From Camelus dromedarius (lineage: Eukaryota): a DNA stretch of 64,000 nucleotides. The notes below the pieces were generated by a model. The model did no database searches and was not told the DNA's origin. It worked only from the letters and a program-made list of their open reading frames with translations. The DNA is taken from assembly GCF_036321535.1 (NCBI RefSeq), contig NC_087437.1, positions 117,306,001 to 117,370,000 of the forward strand. Direction: 5' to 3'. Every line of letters starts with the position of its first letter. Positions within the stretch are counted from its first letter, which is position 1. Both the position numbers and the translations under genes were made by a program. Shown here piece after piece: positions 26,681 to 39,559 of this stretch.

Positions 26681-28224
26681 TCCATCTGGCTGGTGGAGAA
26701 GCTTGTGAGCACAGTGATGGCGGCCGCTCCACTGGGGTCTCCCTCTGGGGCGGGAAGGCTCGCTAATGCATCTGTCAGCCCTCTCTGTCTCTCACCCCTT
26801 GCCCTGCCTACTTCACAGCCCTGTGCGCCTTGGCAATGTTAAAGAACAAAGAGATGATGGAAACTTGTGCAGAGGCAGAGCTGGGGTCCAAGCCCTCCCC
26901 AGCGTGCCCGGGCTCCAAAGAGATGCAGCGGGAGGAGGTGTGACATGGCCGGGAGAAGCCCACCCACAGACGTCTGTTCTGTCACGGATTTGGGCTTGGG
27001 CTGGCGTTTCCATGCCTGGGCATTCTATAACGGGAGCCAGTCCATTGGCTAGGACTGAGGCTCTTCCAAACAAATAGATCTGGCGTGTCCTGGTTTTCCA
27101 CTTGCTTTTTCTAGGACAAAGCACATAAGAGCGCTATCCTTGCTTGGCTGAGTTAGAGGCGTGGAAAGGCAGAAAAGGCCGAGAAAACATGTGCTCCTGG
27201 TTGCAGGAAGAGAAGAATCCAGTACTGTGCACAATGTGCATAACCACTTGGCTTTTATAATATTTAACTTTGTTTCCAAGTGTGGCCATTATTTTCTGCC
27301 CTGTGGACTTTGGTGACAGTGTCATCCACCTGTGAATGTCAAAAACCAGGTTCACATCTCCGAGAGCCTCAACAAGTTTCCTTTTGTCTGTGCTTATGAA
27401 CTTAAATGTCATGCTGTCAGACACAGTGGAAATGACAGGCATATCACACTATGATTCATTTCCCTTTGAGTGATTTTGCTTTAGAACACCATTCCGCAAA
27501 GCGAGGGCTTCAGAACATCCATCCTGCAACTGGTTCTTTGAACAATGAGTTGCATTATTAGATAGGTCTGGAAAAGCTGCATTCCTTATGCCCCACTTGA
27601 ACATTCACAACTTACAATAAAGGCTCTGAGAAGTCCTGCACTGAAAAACTGCATAGACCGGCTCTCCCAGAGTTGTCAGTACACAAGACCCTAGACTTTG
27701 TTTTTAAATTTTTTTAAATACAATTTTAATGCCGAGGGGACAGACTTTTGTAAATGCTGCCCTTACACACAAACCAGGCAAACCTTAAGAGTCGTGTTCT
27801 TAAGTCCATCAAAGAGGAAGACAAGAGGCAAAACCATGGGTAAGGGACACCAGGGCTGTCCCCAGACTTCTAGAGAGCACCTTACCCTTTTCTGCATGGC
27901 TCTTCTTTTCCTATTTTTACCCTGACTCTAATCAGCTGTTCTTACTGCTCTTCCACCTATTCCTCAATATTCCTTTCCTGAATGTTTTGTCTCAGAGGAA
28001 AATAGGGTAACTGGTTTCTTATCTCTTTGTCAAAGGCATCTTAGCCAGCCTCCAGCCCGGAGGCCAACTATGGCGCTAGGGATTTCTTCCTGGAACAAAT
28101 CTCAGCTAACTTCTGCCAGCTTCCCATTCACTTCAGGCTAAAATGTGAGAAGTCATGTACATACATTACGACTTTAGGTTCTTTCTGGTTGGCCAGAGAC
28201 TGCTTTCCAGGGGCCGACTGTTTG

Positions 28225-28370
28225 ATTTCTCTGTAGCTTAGTTTCCTCATCTGTAAAATGGGAATGGAACAGCATCTGCCTCACACAACTGTAGTGAACA
28301 GAAACGAGTTAAGGCTTGTAAAACATTTAGAGTCATGACTGACCCAGAGATGTAATAATAATAAATAATA
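28225..28370 (+). mobile_element. MIR SINE
   Basis: Core agtttcctcatctgtaaaatggg. Confidence 0.8.
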
Positions 28371-29466
28371 ATTTTACTCCTAGAAAAGAAAAGTGAGTGA
28401 TGAGTTAGCCAGTCAATACCTACATTGACAATGAGTAATTCTTTGCCCAGGATTTACTCAATAAAACCAATAATGCAAAGTCCTGGATCATAGAGCCTTC
28501 CCATTACAGTGTCCTTCAATTATCCGGCAATAAAGGAATGCTAGCAGTTTTCACTTGATTTTGAAGATCAGAAGCGCTTCTCTGGGGACTCAAACAACCA
28601 CACAAAGGACCCTGGAATAGCAGAGCTAGGGAAGGGGCACAAGGGGGGACTCAGAGGTCTGGGTCCCAGTCCTCAGCCCCCCACTTCCTAGAGACGTGCT
28701 GCCTGCCGGGTCAGGTACCCAGCCATCGGAGCAGCCGTGTGCGGAGGGCTCACGAGGTGCCGGGCAGAGTTCAGAACACGTCTCCTGCATCTCCTTTATG
28801 GGCACAGGACACGGAGGTGACAAGAGGCCACGGGGCTGGAAAGCGGCCTTGGGGCCCGTGACCTCAGCCACCACCGGGTCTCAGCTGCACCTGAAAAGCA
28901 GAAACACGTCCCGTGCACTCCAGCGGGTGGGATTATCCGCGGCCCGAACGAGCCGCCTCACAGGCACGGCGCATAGGAGGCGGGAGGGGCGCGGGAGCGT
29001 GAGAGACCCTCCCAGCCGAACGGAGCTGTTGGTTTTAGTGCGATTCCACCCCGCGGAAGGGAGCTGACAAGAGGTGCCCTGCCGATTAGTATTCCATTTC
29101 CTTGCCTTGCCCCGGCAGCCTCACCCAGGCGCTAAAGGGAAGGAATTGTCTAAAAAGTCGAAAACGGAGGGGAACTGGAGGGCCCCGCATATATTTTCGG
29201 AAGCAGCCGGTGCTCCGATTTCCCTTAGCCTCCTCCTCGTTCCGTACTTCGGTCCCTTAACCAGCGTGATAGAACCGGAAGGAGACGCCCTTGTCCTCGG
29301 ATCTAGAGGTGCTGAGGCTCGTAGGCCGTAGTCCCAGGGGCATTAACCTGGTGTCTCTGGCATGATGGAAGGAAGAGGGGTGTTGAGTGGGCTGGGGTCA
29401 CCCCCAACCCTCCAGCAGAACAACTCTGACCTAGCTTGTTTTGGGAAATTTGAAAAAGGAGTTTCT

Positions 29467-29764
29467 TTTTTAAAAAAATTTTTAATTGAAGTAGTCAGTC
29501 ACACTGTGTCAATTTCTGGTGTACAGCACAGTGTCTCAGTCATGTATGTACATATTTGTATTTGTTTTCATGTTCTTTTTCATTAAAGGTTGTTACAGGG
29601 TATTGAACATAGTTCCCTGTACTATACAGAAGAAAATTTTAAAAAATCTATTTTTATATATAGTGGCTAACATTTGCAAATCTGAAACTCCCAAATTTAT
29701 CCCTTCCCAACCCTTTTCCCCGGTAGCCATAAGATTCTTTACTATGTCTGTGAGTTTGTTCCTG
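29467..29764 (-). mobile_element. 5'-truncated camelid-type L1 3' end
   Basis: Perfect 18-bp TSD tttgaaaaaggagtttct at 29449-29466 and 29765-29782; antisense L1 3'UTR between them. Confidence 0.9.
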
Positions 29765-29814
29765 TTTGAAAAAGGAGTTTCTAATGCTTAAAAAAAAAAA
29801 AAAAAGGGAAAACA

Positions 29815-29980
29815 CCTACTGTATAGTACAGAGAATTATATTCAATTTCTTATAATAACATATGATGGAAAAGAATCTGAAAAGAAAAATATATGTGTGT
29901 ATGTTTATGCATAGCTGAATCACTTTGCTGTACTCCTGAAACTAACATTGTAAATCTACTACACTTCAATAAAAATTTTT
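29815..29980 (+). mobile_element. Short L1 3' end
   Basis: cctactgtatagtacag...gctgaatcactttgctgtac...acttcaataaaaa; ggaaaaca on both flanks. Confidence 0.8.
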
Positions 29981-31729
29981 TTAAAGATGGAAAACAACGA
30001 TGAAGTCCAACCCCCATTTATAACCAAATGGCTCTTCCTCGTTCTCCCACCCCATTTTGTTAAGCTTCTGTTAACATTCATGTCCAGATCCAGCTCCTAA
30101 AATCATCAGTTATTGATAAGTTGATCTCTCTTCTGCCACTGGGTGTCCCTGAAGGAGAAAGATGCTCACTTTTATCTTTTATTATGCCCTCCTCAAAGGA
30201 CGATCGATGTATTAAGCCAATATTCCAGAATTTATACGCTTGGAATGAGTGTCCTCTCTTGCAAAGGGTCCCTGAGACTTGACCCTTTCTTCGGTGCCTC
30301 TCTGGTAGCTGTGAGCAGAGCTCAGGGTACGTGAAACTCTCCTCAATCGTAAAAGAATCTTTGAGTGTGAAGTCGATTTCAACACCTCAAAAAAATCATT
30401 TCGTACTAGGTAGTTAGCTTTTCTGACCAGGATGGTGGGTACCTCTAAAGATGGGGGCGGTAAATTCTTCTGAGGACAATGTTGAGGTAAGTGTCGGTTG
30501 TACTATCTTATGTAACCCTTGTGACGACTGTTCAGATGCCCACTGTTCAGATGAGGAAGCTGCAGGAGCCACCTTCCAGAGCCAGAAGCTAGGAGGACCA
30601 GGACAGCTACGTGCTTTGTGGCCCCACCTCTCTGTCGCCTCCCTGGCCTGGAACCTCTGTCCTTAAGATACAGGATAAACACAATTTTTTTAGACTTTAG
30701 AATCTGGTGAGGTTTAGATGCTCCGGCCGTAACTGGAGGTGTCCATGAAAGCATATCCCCGCATGAATGATGGTGCACTATGCTAAGAATTTCGCACAAA
30801 TAACCATCCCAACAGCTGAAAATCGTGGTCATTCTCTAAGAGTCCTTGGGTTTTCCATGTGTCATACAATTGCTTTATTCTGGAATAATCCTGAAATGAA
30901 ATAAAATACTTATATTAAAGTACGAAATACAGAACTTCCTGATGCAAGCTTATATGCTGTTTACTACACTTGGGTGGTGGCCTGACGGCTGAAGGGCTCT
31001 GTTTTTTCAGAGGTGGCTGGGGTCATCTGAACTCAGCCTTCCTCCCTAACCTGACCCTCTTTAAATCAGTGTAGACCACCCTTTCTGGTCCCACTGAGTG
31101 TGATCCTTTCATGGCCTGGGAAGGTGTGGTCCCATTGACTTATAGGAATGAGGGACCACGCTCATCCTAACCTGCGGGCGTGACTGGCCACAGTCTTGTG
31201 TTATGACCATCCTGGCTCCGGCCAGTATTCTCTCCATGGGGCACATATTCTGGACCCTGAGCCACTTCTCTGAGCTCGGAATCTCAGTTTTCACAGTCCT
31301 TCATCTTGGACCGTGAGAGCTTTGTTTAACGCTTTAGAAAGCTGCTGTGGGCCCAAAAAACCTCTCTGGCACAGCGATTCTAATTAGGAGAGTGGCTACC
31401 CTGGGAGCACCATTTCCCAGGCCTGGAACCTCTGATGGGTTTTCTAAATTTGCGTGAGGGTCCCTGGGGCTGTCTCAGCCACGGATGATGGTTCCACCAG
31501 GTTCTTTAATCAGAAGCGCAGGATTTCTGCTGGCCGCAGCTCTAAGCTCTCTGAGATGAGTGCGAAGTATGGAAACCTCCACCTCCTGTGATCATCAGAT
31601 GAGACAAGGAGGGAAAAGTTCTTTCCCCACCCCCCACAATACCCGAGACACAACCCAACAGCATAAATGGGGCTGGCTCCACTCCTTCCGGCTCCTACAC
31701 GCATCCCTGCCGTTTGTCCATCCTCCCAC

Positions 31730-32060
31730 TGCTCTATCCAACAAGTACTGTTCAAGCATGCACTCTGTGCCAGGCTGAGCTTCTGCCGAGTCCCTCACTC
31801 GGTGGCGTCAGGGGGCAGAGCAGGGTCAAGTAGGGGGACACAATAGGGGTGGTGAGAGTAGGAGGATGTGGGCATCAGACTCGGTTCAGGGAAGGCCTGT
31901 CTGGGAGGCAGCATCTGAGCAGAGATCTGAGTGAAGCCGGGGAGAGCCCAGTGGTTATCTGGGAGAATAACATTCCAGACAGAGAGGAGGTGCATAGCCT
32001 GATGAGCTCAACCAGTTTAAGGAGCACAGGAGGCAAGTGTGACTGGAAGGAGTGGACTTC
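31730..32060 (-). mobile_element. L2 3' fragment
   Basis: tccaacaagtact...tgtgccaggc; cagggaaggcct...tgagcagagatctga...cattccagacagag. Confidence 0.6.
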
Positions 32061-32174
32061 AGCCAGGGGCCCTGTTATGGAGGGAAGCCTTCCAATCTGA
32101 GAAACAGCCCTTTTTCATGGGGCCATCACTGTAGCTATTGGCAGGCTGCTGGGGCCCAATCCTCCCTTTTAGAG

Positions 32175-32375
32175 CAGTGCTTCTCAATTGGGGGCAACTT
32201 TGCTCCCCGTGGGACATGTGGCCACGTCAGGAGACAGTCACTTGTGTGTGTGCGCTCCTGACGTCTAGTGGGAAGAGGCCAGGATCCTGCTAAACATCCT
32301 ACAACACACGGGAGTCCCCACAACAAAGAGTTTGCTGATCCGAAACGTCAATTGTGTCTGGGCTGGGAACCCCTG
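32175..32375 (+). mobile_element. MER20 (hAT-Charlie MITE)
   Basis: cagtgcttctcaa ... gaggccaggatcctgctaaacatcctaca ... gggaacccctg terminal repeats. Confidence 0.85.
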
Positions 32376-33729
32376 GTCTGGGTCTCAGCAGCCTGGGAAG
32401 CCTGTCTGTTTAGACTGGCAGTCACGTGTGCCCTGCTCCAGAAAGGGAATGGGTGGGGGTGGGGGATGTATGGGCAGAGGTGCCTCTGCTTGCGCAAAAA
32501 CCCTTTGCTCAGGGGGAGCAGTTTGCAAGATTCCCGGGTGAGACCCACCCTGAGCTGGAGGGGCGACAGCAGCCACTGCCTGGGCTTTTCCGGAAACTTA
32601 GCAGCACCAGCCAGCGGCCGAGCCTTAGACGGAGAGCTCTGGGTTGGGAGACTGTGCTTGCATTTTCCTACCTAACAGTGGTGCCCACGCTACACGATTT
32701 GTGCACACTGACCTCAGGGTCACCACCCAGTAATACTGAGTCCCGGGCAGGCAAATTGCAGCCTCAGGCTTCACTCTGCCAAGACGGCTTTTCATCTTTC
32801 CAGTCTCAGGGGACACTGGCTCCCCCACCCCTTGGTCCCCTTGTCCCCGGGTCCTCTTCTCTAGAACCTGCACCTTCCTTACTCCTCTCATAGCGATTAA
32901 AAGACACCTGGCCTGTGTCCCAGTCCCTGGGGAAGCCAGAAGCAGGCCGGTGAGCCCTCTGTGCTAAGGTGCCTGTGGCTGACAGAGGCTCGGCTCCGTA
33001 CCACCGCGGAACAGAGGCGGCGCTAGGAAAAAAAGGCGGGATTGGGAGGGGCTTGAGGAGGGCTAGGGCTGGGGTGGGAGGCGAGGCTGGGCTTCAGCTC
33101 CCTCACCCTCTGGACACGGCCAGCCCCACCTAAGGGCTGCGGTGGCTGCATGCATCTGGCTATGCTGGCTAAAAAACGCTCAGCTGGGAGGCCCTTTCGG
33201 TGACTCCAGGAAACGTGCTGTACAAACCGAGTGCAGTGCAGAAGCGCGGGGGAGGCCGATCACCCCAGGCTCGGGATGGTGCTGCCCTGCCATTAGTGCT
33301 GATGACGTTCTGATCAGCCTCTTCCCGGGGCGGGTGCCCACCCTGCCACCCACAGCTCCGCCCACTTGATCTCCTACCCGGCCTCTTCCTTCCTCTCCAA
33401 CGCTGCAATGGTTCTGCACCTTTCAGGCGCTGGTGCGGCGGTGCACTAAATCTTTGGGGGGTCTCCTTCCTCCCTCTCCCCCACAATAGCTCACTTCATC
33501 TTCGCGCAGGAAGGATCACATGTTTTCCCAGGCAATTTTACTGTGCAGCCAGGATTGACAACCATTGAATTAGATAATTAACGCTATGTCAACTCCTAAA
33601 AAAATACATGTATATATTTGTACACGAATCTCCCTCCCTCCCTCTTTCCCCCTTTTTCCCTGCCAGACAGAGCTGAGGTCTCATTGGCACTTTCTCGTCC
33701 GACTCACTGCTCATCCTCCACCCCTTTAA

Positions 33730-33825
33730 AGCTCCTTAACTTCCCTGTGCCTCAGTTTGCTCATCTGTGAAGTGGGGAGAGGAATAGTGCATACGTCATC
33801 AGGCGGTCCTAAGGATTAAACACCC
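33730..33825 (+). mobile_element. MIR SINE fragment
   Basis: cttaacttccctgtgcctcagtttgctcatctgtgaagtgggga. Confidence 0.75.
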
Positions 33826-33949
33826 CCTATAACTCCTCATTCCGTTATCTGACCTTGACTTTGCTCAGAACCAAACTGTTTGCTATGAAAACAGCATCTC
33901 TCAGCTGACAGGGGGAAGGGCCTTCATTCTAGGGGCATCTGGGGTTTGG

Positions 33950-34575
33950 GAAGCTCGGGACCGCGCGCCTTCCTGCACCGAGAGCGTTTTCAATGTTAAC
34001 TTTGGGACCGTTTCCCAGGAGGGCAGGACGGTCAACTCAAAGCCTCGGCCTAAGGGGACCTGAGCAGACTCCACCATCGTGAACGTCTGGTGCTCCGTGA
34101 AAGATGCTCTTCCCTCGCGGGCGATGAAAGCGGAACACGGCAGACAGCGTCTGTCGCCTTCCCCCACCACCCGCGAGCGCTCCCGGCGATCGGCGCGTGG
34201 GTCCTGCCACTTTCCCGAGCCCTGCGTGGGGCGCTGACGCGGATTCGGGGCGCCCCGCCACCCTCAGCCGCTGCGCCCCGCGTCCCCGCCCGCCCGCCGC
34301 CTCGTCACCTATCAGATTTCCTGTGCGCACCGCGCACCGCTCCTCCCACCTCCTAAATGCTGTGCGGAGGGGACCGCAGTGCTCCGCCGGGACCCAGCTC
34401 CTCCGGGGACGGCGGGGATGCGGCTCTGAGGTCGCCGGAGTGCGGGGCGCACGGTGAGGGCCGGCGGGGCCGGGGGGTGCGGGGGCGCGGGAGGCGCGGC
34501 CCGGGGGGCCCGGACCCGGACCCGCGCGCGGGGGCCCGCCAGCGCACGCCGGAGGACCGCGGACTGCGGGCTTGA
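33950..34575. promoter_or_regulatory. CpG island, putative native B3GALT5 promoter
   Basis: Very GC-rich with dense CpG and several GC boxes (cccgcccgcccgcc, ggggcgcggg); the strongest CpG cluster in the window, about 28 kb upstream of the CDS. Confidence 0.8.
34350..34453 (+). other. B3GALT5: Probable first non-coding exon of B3GALT5 (start approximate)
   Basis: Inside the CpG island; ends at donor-like ACG|gtgagg (GT at 34454) followed by a G-run-rich sequence typical of first-intron starts. Confidence 0.5.
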
Positions 34576-34589
34576 CGTCTTTTCTTTCT

Positions 34590-35085
34590 GTTTTAAATTA
34601 AGGAAAAGGAAATGGTTACAGACAAAATTACAGGTCTAACGGTGTATATTCGTATTTAAAATGTATCTTTTGTCATTGTTGTTGAGAACATTTAAGTTAG
34701 ACTCTCTTTGGCAAGTTTCAGTTACACAACAGTGTTACCAACTCTAGTCACCTTGTTATATGTTAGATTCAGAACCTCCCCCTACTTCCCCCACCCCTCT
34801 AGCCTCTGGCAACCATTTTTTCTACTCTGTTTCTATGATTTCCACTTTTTAGAAAAGACTCCAGGTATGATTGATGCCGTTCAGTACTTGTTTTTCTCCC
34901 TATGGCTTATTTCACTAGGCGTAATGCCCCCGAGGGTTTGCATTTCCCAGACGGTTGGTGATGTTGAGCACATTTTTCATGTACCTGTTGGCCATTTTAT
35001 GCCTTCTTCGGGAAAAAAAAAAAAGTCTGTTCAAGTTTCTTGCCCGTTTTTGAATTGGTTGATTTGCTTATTTCTTGCTATTGAT
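34590..35085 (-). mobile_element. L1MA-type 3' end, internally deleted
   Basis: gagaacatttaag...agcctctggcaaccatttttctactctgtttctatga...tggcttatttcact...gatgttgagcacatttttcatgtacctgttggccatt. Confidence 0.75.
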
Positions 35086-36094
35086 AACAGTGTGTTTGTT
35101 TTGGAAGTGTTATCCCTAGCGACACTGCGCACCCAGGACGTTGTGTTACTGGGTGGGCACGGTGTGCTCGTAAGACTAGGGAATTAACTTGGATAGGGAC
35201 GTCTCACAGTTAAAATGAATAACCCAATCTGAAAAAAAAAAAAAAAAACCCCCAAACCCACTCCTTAGCACTCTGCACAGACAGCTCCCGGCAGCGTGGG
35301 CGTTTTGGAGGGTCTGACAGGCAATATGGTGAAAAGAGGCCTTTACACTGAATGTCTGTGGAGCTTTGACTTTGCGGAGGGGGCAAGGGACTCGCTTTGG
35401 GTCATTCCTAAATGCAGGGAGGTGCCTTACAATTTTATAACTGACATTTTTGCAATATCTCTGCCAGCTGTGTATGTGTGTGTGTGTGAGAGAGAGATAT
35501 GAATGGAAAATAGTGCATCTAAAATTTTAAAAAAAATCCTGTTTCTGTTTCACTTTGTTTGTTTAGTTTTCTGACTTGTTAGGGATAAATACAGCTTCCA
35601 AGAATAGAAGACCCTTTCCAAATCAGCAGCAATCAGATATGGTGAAGTTACTTTTCATTCTTCCTTTATATTAGTATGACAAACTTCAAAATAATTTTAT
35701 GTATTTACCTTGTGTAAATATTAACATCACCTCTTATCTCCGTGTCTCTGTCGTTTACTGTTTCTGCTTTTGATTCAGGAGATGGAGGAGTAGAATTTAA
35801 TGAAGATGAAGATCTGAGAAAGTGTCACATTCCAGTGAGCGCTGGGTTGGGGGTGGGGAGGGGTGGGGAATGGCTGCTGTGGATTTAATAGACAGGAAGT
35901 TCCTAGAGTCACATTTGTAGGTACAATGCATGCTGATTCTGCCCATCCTTACATGTCATAAAATGTTTCAGTTTAAGTTATACAGTCTTGTAGCTGCCTC
36001 ATCTTTTATGGCGTTGCCTTTTAAACCCCTACATGTAATAGGCAGTTTGTTTCAATTTAGAGACAGCATTGAATATCTTCCTTTGAGAGAAAGA

Positions 36095-36335
36095 AATCAG
36101 AGAAAAATACTGTATGATCTCACTTATATGTGGAATCTAAAACAAACAAAAAACCAAAAAAAATGAACTCATAGAGAACAGACTGGTGGTTGGCAGAGGC
36201 TTGGGGTGGGGGTGGGGGGTGGGGGTGGGGCAGAGTCAGGGTGGGCAAAATGGGTGAAAGGGCTCAAAAGGTATAGATTTCCAGTTACGAGAAGTAAATC
36301 CTGGGGATGTAATGTACAACATGGTTAAAAAAAAA
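36095..36335 (+). mobile_element. L1 3' end fragment
   Basis: atactgtatgatctcacttatatgtggaatctaaa...ctggggatgtaatgtacaacatgg plus A-run; contains a G-run tract at ~36203-36230. Confidence 0.8.
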
Positions 36336-37649
36336 ATCTATCTACCTCTCTCTCTTCTTTTAAAGGAATAGCTGCATATCTATTAAAGTCCTATTTTCTC
36401 CATCCTTTCATTTTTTTCCTTCTCAAATCAGTTCATCTTATATAGTTCCTTTGTTAGGTAAATTTAAAAATAATTAAGCTCTGATATGTGCAGAGAGCGT
36501 TTCAGTGTGAGGTCCACTGCTGTTTACCTCCTGGAAATGCAACTCAGAGTGTAAAGATATTTCACAACCTGTTACCTCAAAAAATTGACAGGGACAGGGC
36601 CATCTTTGCAAAGTTTCTTCCAGACACGGGCACGCTTTCTTTTGTAGGGTTTCTAAGTAGGTGTTATGAGTAAACAAAGACCACAATTCATGTCTGGTTT
36701 CATGACCAGGTACATGCCTGGCCAGGCGTCCTTGCATGGGTGACAGTCTCCATCCTTTCACTGGGGACACCAGTGCACAGCCCTCCTTCCTCAGACTCAG
36801 ACTCAGGTCAGTTCAGACCAGTCCTGGAAGAGGGTCAGGGGCTCCATCGCGTCCTACCTGGGCAGCCAGGCACTGGTGTCCCAGGGACCCCCCTCCTCCC
36901 CTACCATGCTTGTCCCTTTGATCAGGCTTCTGATCACATTTTTACTTGGTTCTCTGCCAGAACTAGATCCTCATCCAGGAACCTGGTTCCGGTGGTCAAA
37001 AATGCTGCTTGGCCCTGGTCAGCCTCTCCCCAGCTGCCTGGGATGCTAAGATGAACCTGGCAGTCTTTGAACCACCACAGCCCTCTCCCCCTGAATATAA
37101 CTGTCAACAGTTCGTTGCTCACAGCTTTATTCCTGTCCACCCTCCCACTGGTGGTCTTGGGTGACCCAAGTTTGTAACTTCCTGTGGTGTCCTGTTGACC
37201 TTTCTCCTCTGCTGCCCCTCCCTGCCCCCCAGGAAAGTCCCTTGAATGGGCGAGGACTCCTTCCAACCCTCTCAATTCCAGACTTTTCTCCTTTGCCCTT
37301 GGCCTGAGGCTCCTTCCAGCTTGGTGGCTGGCCTCCTGTGGGTTTTGACAAGACTTCTCCTTGCTTACAGAGGGAGTGAGGGTTAACCTGAACCTGGGTT
37401 GGAAAAGGTGAGGTGAAGCAGTGGGTGAGGTGATGCATAGAGATTTTGACAACTAACGTGGCCTTCACTGAAAACCAGAATTAAGAGATAGGGTTATCAT
37501 GGAGTGAGACTCATTCAATTAGAATTTTCATATCTAGTTTTGAACATTTTCCCTGGAGCCTCAATAGAAGAAAAAGAGCCATAAATCGTTTGAAATCAAG
37601 TTGTGCAAAGGAAGTAGCTGATGGTCTGTTCATGCGTTCATGGAGAGAG

Positions 37650-37865
37650 AGAGTTTGGGCTCTGAAGCCAGACATCTGGGTTCCCATCCCAGCTCCGTTG
37701 GGTACTTTTATGTGACCTTGGGCAAGTTACTTAATTTCTCTATGCCCCAATTTCCTCAATTGAAATCAAAGATAGTAATAGTATTTATTTCATCAGGGGT
37801 GTTACGAGGATTAAATGGTTACATTTATATTTCATTTGCTTATTATATGTCAAGCACTTAACCCT
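37650..37865 (+). mobile_element. MIR SINE
   Basis: tgtgaccttgggcaagttacttaatttctctatgccccaatttcctca...gaggattaaatg. Confidence 0.85.
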
Positions 37866-37902
37866 GTGGTATAAAATTGTTTTGGATCAAGAAAGAGGTG
37901 TG

Positions 37903-38043
37903 GGAGGGGAGGGTGTAGCTCAATTGGTAGAGTGCATGTTTAACATGCATGAGGTCCTGGGTTCAATTCCCAGTACCTCCATTAAGTAAGTAAATAAATA
38001 AATCAAATTACCTCCCTTCTCAAAAAAAAAAAAAATAATAAAA
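37903..38043 (+). mobile_element. Vic-1-like tRNA-derived SINE
   Basis: ggggagggtgtagctcaattggtagagtgcatg...gaggtcctgggttcaattcccagtacctcc, A-tail, 14-bp TSD aagaa(a/t)gaggtgtg (37889-37902, 38044-38057). Confidence 0.9.
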
Positions 38044-39559
38044 AAGAATGAGGTGTGAAAATAAAGTAACAAAACTAGTTTTCTTTCACTGAATTAAAAA
38101 CCAAACCAAACCAAAAAAACCCCTTGTTTTAAAAGCAATTGCAAAAAAAAAAAAAAAGAAAAGAAAAAAAAAGTGCCCAAACTGTTTGAGCAACAGCAGA
38201 ATTCCTGGAATAAAATTATTAATGTCAGGGGGCACCATGTTTAATTTGTTGTCTCAGTTTTGGTCCCTTTTATTTAACTTCTGACTGGGTAACTATTTGA
38301 AGCCATTCCTGAGTGTTACTGTTTAAGTTTTCAGCCCTGTCTTTTCTGTTTCTTCCTATTTCTAGTTCATCTATGGGTTTTGTGGAGGTGTTCCGCTCTC
38401 AGAGTGTTTCCTGAACTCTGGAGGTTACTTTTTAATCTCATTCCTTCCCCTTATCATCTCATGTTTCCTTACTTGTTTTGCTGATTTTATGTTTTTAGTT
38501 TCTTGGAGCAGCAGATCATTTACCATAAAAAAAAATTTTTTTTTGTAGCTTAAGGTGTGGTCAATATTTTTAAAGCGTTAAGTGCGTGGTATTCCACAGA
38601 CAGCTTTAAAAGTCATTGTTTTGAAGTAGTAATCCAGCTTCTAATGAAATATTCCAAGTTCATCTCAAGGCAAAAAATGATCCATCTAGAAGTGGGAGCA
38701 GGGATGATGAAATATCCATCCAGAGATACTTCTCTTGTGTTCGCTGAGCATCGCCAGGACCTGGGTGAGAACTCCCCACCCACTGCTGGGAGTGTATTTC
38801 CTTCCGCCCTGGCTCCTGCACTCTGCTTTCCCCTTTTCTTCTGTTGTTAGTACGTGTATACTCTCTACCAGCTCTTTTTATGCCAAGTATACTTAACAAG
38901 GGTAGGTTCACCTGCGCCTTCAGACATAATTTGAGTGGTGTGTCCTTGATTGCTTCTGTCCTTCTGTGAAATGTGCTTTCTTCCCAGGGCTTCCATTTGT
39001 GGGTATCAGGTTTTTCGCTGCCTTTTCGTTGCCTGATGAGTTGAAGGAGGAGCTGGAGATGGAATTGTGGATAATTACGATTTTATGGCTGGTGGACTTA
39101 GTCTCTTTGTTTTTCCTGTAATTTTATTCAAAGTTGCTCGGAAAGTTCTTGGAAATTCACAACATGACAGCAGCATTCTTGTATGCTTGTGTCACTTTTT
39201 GCACACATGTGTGAGTTTCCTTTAGAGTGCATTTCTAGAAAAGAGTACTTGGGTGAAAGGCCGTGTTATTTCCATTCCTGGATACCAAAGAATGCTTTCC
39301 AAGGTGGTTGTAATACTTTAAACCCCCACCTACTGTATAACTCATAGCTTAGTTTCTGTTTCTCATCAAAACTTAGAATTATTGGGCTTTGAATTTTTTG
39401 TTCATTTGACGGGTTTGAAATAGTATCTGTTTTAATGTGCACTTGCCTGATTCTAGTAAAGCATCTGTTCATACATATGTATATATAATAATAAAAATAC
39501 ACATATATATATCAAATAATCATTCTTCTGTAAACGGTCTATTTCCCCCCTTTAAGGTT

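Noticed and set aside
30523..30552. Short direct repeat actgttcagatg x2
   Set aside because: Small local duplication within a decayed MIR.
34037..34639. Several overlapping Arg/Gly/Pro-rich ORFs
   Set aside because: Expected from stop-codon depletion in a CpG island.
36203..36230. G-quadruplex-forming G-runs (also ~35845-35868)
   Set aside because: The first is the normal G-rich tract of an L1 3'UTR; such motifs are common and nothing here indicates function.
36934..37452. 172-aa minus-strand ORF (similarly 53801..54292 and 32426..32893)
   Set aside because: No recognisable protein family or supporting exon structure.
37903..37980. tRNA gene (also 9517 and 16815)
   Set aside because: A/B boxes are present, but A-rich tails, a TSD and divergence among copies identify SINEs.
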